Of a DNA stretch of 64,000 nucleotides, positions 60,316 through 64,000 are shown piece by piece. Each line of letters opens with the position of its first letter. Positions within the stretch are counted from its first letter, which is position 1. Under the pieces are notes generated by a model. The model ran no database searches and was not told the DNA's origin. It saw nothing but the letters and a program-made list of their open reading frames with translations. Position numbers and translations under genes: made by a program. Origin of the DNA: an uncultured archaeon (GTDB lineage Archaea; Asgardarchaeota; Lokiarchaeia; Sigyniarchaeales; SOKP01); contig CAZALK010000012.1 in assembly GCA_964486045.1 (NCBI GenBank), positions 1 to 64,000 on the forward strand, read 5' to 3'.

Positions 60316-61620
60316 ATGATGAAGAAAAGAATTTTTATTTTTGAGTTTGTTTCAGGTGGGGGTTTTAATAAAATAAAAATACCCATTTCACTTTTTTGCG
60401 AAGGTTATGGAATGTTAAGATCTATTATTATGGATTTTAAATCTCTTAATTTTGAGATTAGCACCATGTTAGACTATCGGATTCTCCAGCTTTCTAATTT
60501 TTTACATGCTGATGAATTAGGTATCGTACGGAAAATGGATAGCTTTCTAAGGAAATTCAAAACTAAGGTTAAGGAATGCAAATATGTCTTCATAATTGCT
60601 CCAGAATCTTCAAATCTGTTATATAAATTAACAAAAATAGTTAAAAAATCTAATTGTATTCTATTAAGTACCAATTTAGAAGGAATTAGATTAGGCATGT
60701 CAAAGTTCAACACATATTGCTTTTTTAAAGGCAATAAAACCACAGCACCAAGAACTTATTTAATACCTAGAAGAAAAAAACAATTAGATATAGATTTCAT
60801 ACTTCAAAAGTTTAAAATTTTGAAACAACCAATAGTTATTAAACCTGAGGATGGAGTAGGTGCTGAGTCAATCTATTACTTCGAGACTCAACATCAAATA
60901 AAGCATTTTTTTCAAGAATTTAGCTATAAAGTTGCATCTGGGAGAAATTTTATAATGCAGGAATTTATAGAGGGAAAAGATTTAAGTGTCTCAATGATTG
61001 GTACACCTTACTTTACAGATTCTCAAAATGAGAATCCCTTTCTATTAGGTATAAATGTTCAAGATGTCGACATTAAAAATTCAAATTATTCTTCTGAATA
61101 TCATGGTGGATACACTCCCATAGAGAATTATCAGAAAATACAGAATAATTTAAAGTCAGTGTTGGACAAAATTAATTTTTCAGAATTTTCGGGATATTTT
61201 GGAATTGATATAATTCGAACTACTGATTCAAAATTTTACTTTATTGAGATAAATCCTCGATTAACAACTTCATATATCGGTTTAAGAAATGTAATTAATC
61301 AAAATCCTGCCAAATTAATTTTTAATTCGAAATTAAATTGTTTGGAGTACTATGAAGTCAAACACGTATATCACTCTCTTTTTTCTAGGATAGAAATGGA
61401 TTTTAACGGGAAGATAAATAATGAAGAGATTAGTGAGGAATTAATAAAAAACTTAGTAGAGAAAAATCCAGAATTTGTTACTCCTCCTATTTCACTTAAT
61501 AGATCAAATCATTTTACGTGTTTTATCGCAACTAAATCAAGAAATTTATCTGAATCTAAAGAAAGAATGGTCGAAATAAAAAGGGCGTTAAAAAAACTTG
61601 GTTTTGAGAATATTAAATGA
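60316..61620 (+). CDS. ATP-grasp ligase, tyramine-L-glutamate ligase (MfnD)-like
   Basis: FIFEF..GG, EG.GML, IIAPE, KP.DG.G, GYFGID, IEINPRLTTSYIGL. Confidence 0.8.
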   Translation: MMKKRIFIFEFVSGGGFNKIKIPISLFCEGYGMLRSIIMDFKSLNFEISTMLDYRILQLSNFLHADELGIVRKMDSFLRKFKTKVKECKYVFIIAPESSNLLYKLTKIVKKSNCILLSTNLEGIRLGMSKFNTYCFFKGNKTTAPRTYLIPRRKKQLDIDFILQKFKILKQPIVIKPEDGVGAESIYYFETQHQIKHFFQEFSYKVASGRNFIMQEFIEGKDLSVSMIGTPYFTDSQNENPFLLGINVQDVDIKNSNYSSEYHGGYTPIENYQKIQNNLKSVLDKINFSEFSGYFGIDIIRTTDSKFYFIEINPRLTTSYIGLRNVINQNPAKLIFNSKLNCLEYYEVKHVYHSLFSRIEMDFNGKINNEEISEELIKNLVEKNPEFVTPPISLNRSNHFTCFIATKSRNLSESKERMVEIKRALKKLGFENIK

Positions 61621-62497
61621 ATGTAAGTAATATTAAGGTAAAACCACCATAATGTAGCAAGAGTGATATTATCAAACTATTCTCAATTTTTAATCCCTTC
61701 TTTACGCTCAAACTATAGGAAAGTAACCATAATGACCATACCTGGAAACTGATCATTAAAATTTGATCTATGAAATTCACAATGTTTATGCTGATGACTG
61801 CAGTATAATTAAAAATTGAATGAAGTACAAGATAAAAAATCATAGGAAATTGAATTAACGCAAAGGATGCAAGAAAATTTAAGGTATTTTCGGTCTTTTT
61901 GTAAAAAATACGAGATATCATTTCTATTATGACAAAAAAAGCAAAGAAGTTTAAAACAAAACTTGAATTTAATAGAATCTGAACTATTAAATCCAAATTC
62001 TCTGAATTAATTTCATTAAAAAATAAAAAAAAAGATGTAAAACCATTTAGAATACAAAAAATCGTACCAAGTACGATAATTCCAATTGATATGAAAATAG
62101 TATAGATCCTATCTTTCTTATTAAAAATTATGAACCTTTTTGAAGTTAATACCATCAGTTTATTTAAAAATAAAGATTTGAATTCCCTTTGAGGAGCTTT
62201 GATTGTTTCAATATTATCTTTTAAAGAATTATAAGCAAAAGTTCCCAATTCTTTTAAATAGTACTTTTTATCTTGTTTTTGCGCAATTAAATCTGACAAT
62301 GTATCTAAGTGATGATATATCGTCCCGGTACTTACTCCTAATTCGTTTTTAAGGTGAGTAAAGGAGGTAAATTTATTATCTCCAATAATCTTAATAATTT
62401 TTCTTCTGATTTCATGACTTAATGCATAATAGAAGCTTGATTCCAAATCTATATCTTTCTCTTTGAACTTCTGTTTTTTTTCCTTACTGATAATCAA
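61613..62497 (-). CDS. ArsR-like winged-helix regulator fused to a multi-TM (Yip1-like) domain
   Basis: ALSHEIRRKII...SFTHLKNELGVSTGTIYHHL followed by about 5 TM helices. Confidence 0.75.
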   Translation of the reverse strand: MIISKEKKQKFKEKDIDLESSFYYALSHEIRRKIIKIIGDNKFTSFTHLKNELGVSTGTIYHHLDTLSDLIAQKQDKKYYLKELGTFAYNSLKDNIETIKAPQREFKSLFLNKLMVLTSKRFIIFNKKDRIYTIFISIGIIVLGTIFCILNGFTSFFLFFNEINSENLDLIVQILLNSSFVLNFFAFFVIIEMISRIFYKKTENTLNFLASFALIQFPMIFYLVLHSIFNYTAVISINIVNFIDQILMISFQVWSLWLLSYSLSVKKGLKIENSLIISLLLHYGGFTLILLTFI

Positions 62498-62929
62498 TTA
62501 ACCTCCTGAATCTTTTACAACTCTAGTTAATATATTTATAATATTAATGATAATCAGTAAAAAACCAAATATCCCTAAATAAATCCCAACGCCAGGATTA
62601 GTGAGAAATTCTAGCTCATGGGAAATGTAGTCTATAAAAAAGATTAGTTGAAACCCCAACCCTACTAAAGATAAGATGACAGTTTTGATCCTAAATTCAA
62701 CATTATATAATACTAACATATTTGCTATCAAACATACAATCCCGCTTATTAATGGAAATAGGAATAGAAAGGAATTTTCAATTTCGGCAAAGGTTGTAAT
62801 TATAAATAACTCAACTAAATTATAACTTGAGAACCATGGAAAAAATTCAGATAATATAAGGAGAATAGGACCAATTAATCCTAATAATAAAAAACTAACA
62901 TTAATTTTGTTTAGTTTCATAAAAATCAA
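62498..62929 (-). CDS. Hypothetical membrane protein
   Basis: About 4 hydrophobic segments; FPWF and GVGIYL motifs. Confidence 0.7.
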   Translation of the reverse strand: MIFMKLNKINVSFLLLGLIGPILLILSEFFPWFSSYNLVELFIITTFAEIENSFLFLFPLISGIVCLIANMLVLYNVEFRIKTVILSLVGLGFQLIFFIDYISHELEFLTNPGVGIYLGIFGFLLIIINIINILTRVVKDSGG

Positions 62930-63050
62930 TTTATTTTTAACGTTATTTTTAAAAAACTATAAAAATTCAAAAAGAATAATAGTTAAATAAATTTTGATAA
63001 ATATTAATTTTTCTTAGATTTTAAATAACAAACAATAAAATAAAATTGAT

Positions 63051-64000
63051 ATGGCTTCTCAAATTGATACAGAAATAGATACGGAATCACCATCTCTCTT
63101 TAATTATTTAAAACAAGAGATTCCTCTAGAAGATATTAAAGATTATGCTTCACCTAGACGTATTCAATCAATAGATTTTGTAAAAGGGTTCGCAATCGTT
63201 TTCATTATATTAGCTCATACCGCAATGAGTTGGTTAGATTCTGAATCTAAATATATATATGGAATTCTTTTTGCATTTCTGGATATTCTAGGTCCATCCT
63301 TATTTGTATTCCTTTCGGCGTTAAGTGTAATATTTAGTATTAAAAGGAAGGAAGGAATATTACCTCAAAAAATTATCCGGAATCGAATTTTTACTCGTGG
63401 GCTCGTAATGATTATTATAGGAATTCTAACTAATGTTGATGTAACAACAGGAAACATCTTTGGTTGGAATATTATTACATTCTTAGGGTTTTCACAAATT
63501 TTCTCATTTTATATTTTAAAGCTTAGTAAATCTAGAAGAATAATAATTGGAATGTTAATTATCATTTTATCCCCAGTTTTGAGAGGTTTACTTTTTGAAG
63601 GAAAAAAATTAGGAATTTTAGTATTAAGCTTTTTTCATTACTTAGTAACCTCCCCAACGCCTCATTTAACTCTTTTACCATGGATTTCGATAAGTTTCAT
63701 TTCTACAATATTTGGTGAATATATTTTTGAAGCTATGAACAAGGGAACGAAAGATGCATACGTGGGTTTATTCAGAATATTTTTCATTTGGGGTTTAGTT
63801 CTTATTTTGTCAGGGATTTTTCTTATTTTTCCAATCGGATTAAATCTTACTGATTGGCAACCTGGTTGGGCTTTACAAACTTTAGAAACCATGGAAATAT
63901 CTGAATATCCACATCTCGAATTATTATCAATTGCTCAGACCGGGATACCAATAATTCCTGGTATGCCAACCTTCTTGATAAGGGGAACAAGTGCTAATAT
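63051..64000 (+). CDS. DUF1624 / heparan-alpha-glucosaminide N-acetyltransferase-like membrane protein (runs off the window end)
   Basis: ATG at 63051; RRIQSIDFVKGFAIVFIILAH and PSLFVFLSALS; frame appears open to the window end, so it is absent from the ORF track. Confidence 0.8.
   Translation, partial: MASQIDTEIDTESPSLFNYLKQEIPLEDIKDYASPRRIQSIDFVKGFAIVFIILAHTAMSWLDSESKYIYGILFAFLDILGPSLFVFLSALSVIFSIKRKEGILPQKIIRNRIFTRGLVMIIIGILTNVDVTTGNIFGWNIITFLGFSQIFSFYILKLSKSRRIIIGMLIIILSPVLRGLLFEGKKLGILVLSFFHYLVTSPTPHLTLLPWISISFISTIFGEYIFEAMNKGTKDAYVGLFRIFFIWGLVLILSGIFLIFPIGLNLTDWQPGWALQTLETMEISEYPHLELLSIAQTGIPIIPGMPTFLIRGTSAN

Noticed and set aside
896-63892. Remaining short ORFs nested in or antisense to long genes (e.g. 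2960-3316, 8137-8367, 42050-42550, 63662-63892)
   Set aside because: They overlap well-supported genes and have no independent motif support

Overview
AT-rich archaeal DNA, most consistent with a Lokiarchaeia (Asgard) genome: eL38, eL40, thermosome, a longin-like protein, a JAMM protease and Loki-style surface proteins with C-terminal anchors. The taxonomy is inferred from gene content only. The window has two parts. (1) About 2-40.7 kb is an accessory, partly decaying region. It holds surface proteins (NosD-like beta-helix; Ig-repeat/DUF285), a thermonuclease-TM-OB-fold fusion, and a defence island: nucleoside-deoxyribosyltransferase/TIR-like, Ntn/proteasome-like, two HEPN-like, two PD-(D/E)xK nucleases (one fused to a dsRNA-binding domain and flanked by 32-bp direct repeats), a type I R-M system with an M48 peptidase, and an LRR-NYN fusion. 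Most of it is bracketed by two HerA/VirB4-like ATPases and a GIY-YIG/tandem-repeat gene pair. (2) About 40.8-64 kb is housekeeping (thermosome, rpl40e, rpl38e, NusA-like, pth2, truD, aspS, map, Alba, JAMM, prs, MfnD-like). It contains an unannotated ~450-nt ORF-free region with paired ends, an archaeal promoter and a T-tract, probably a large structured ncRNA that lacks canonical RNase P/SRP motifs. The best candidates for new biology are that ncRNA, the nuclease-dsRBD cassette, the LRR-NYN protein, and the SNase-TM-OB / paired-ATPase / GIY-YIG module. All domain calls are by-eye motif recognition; no searches were run.
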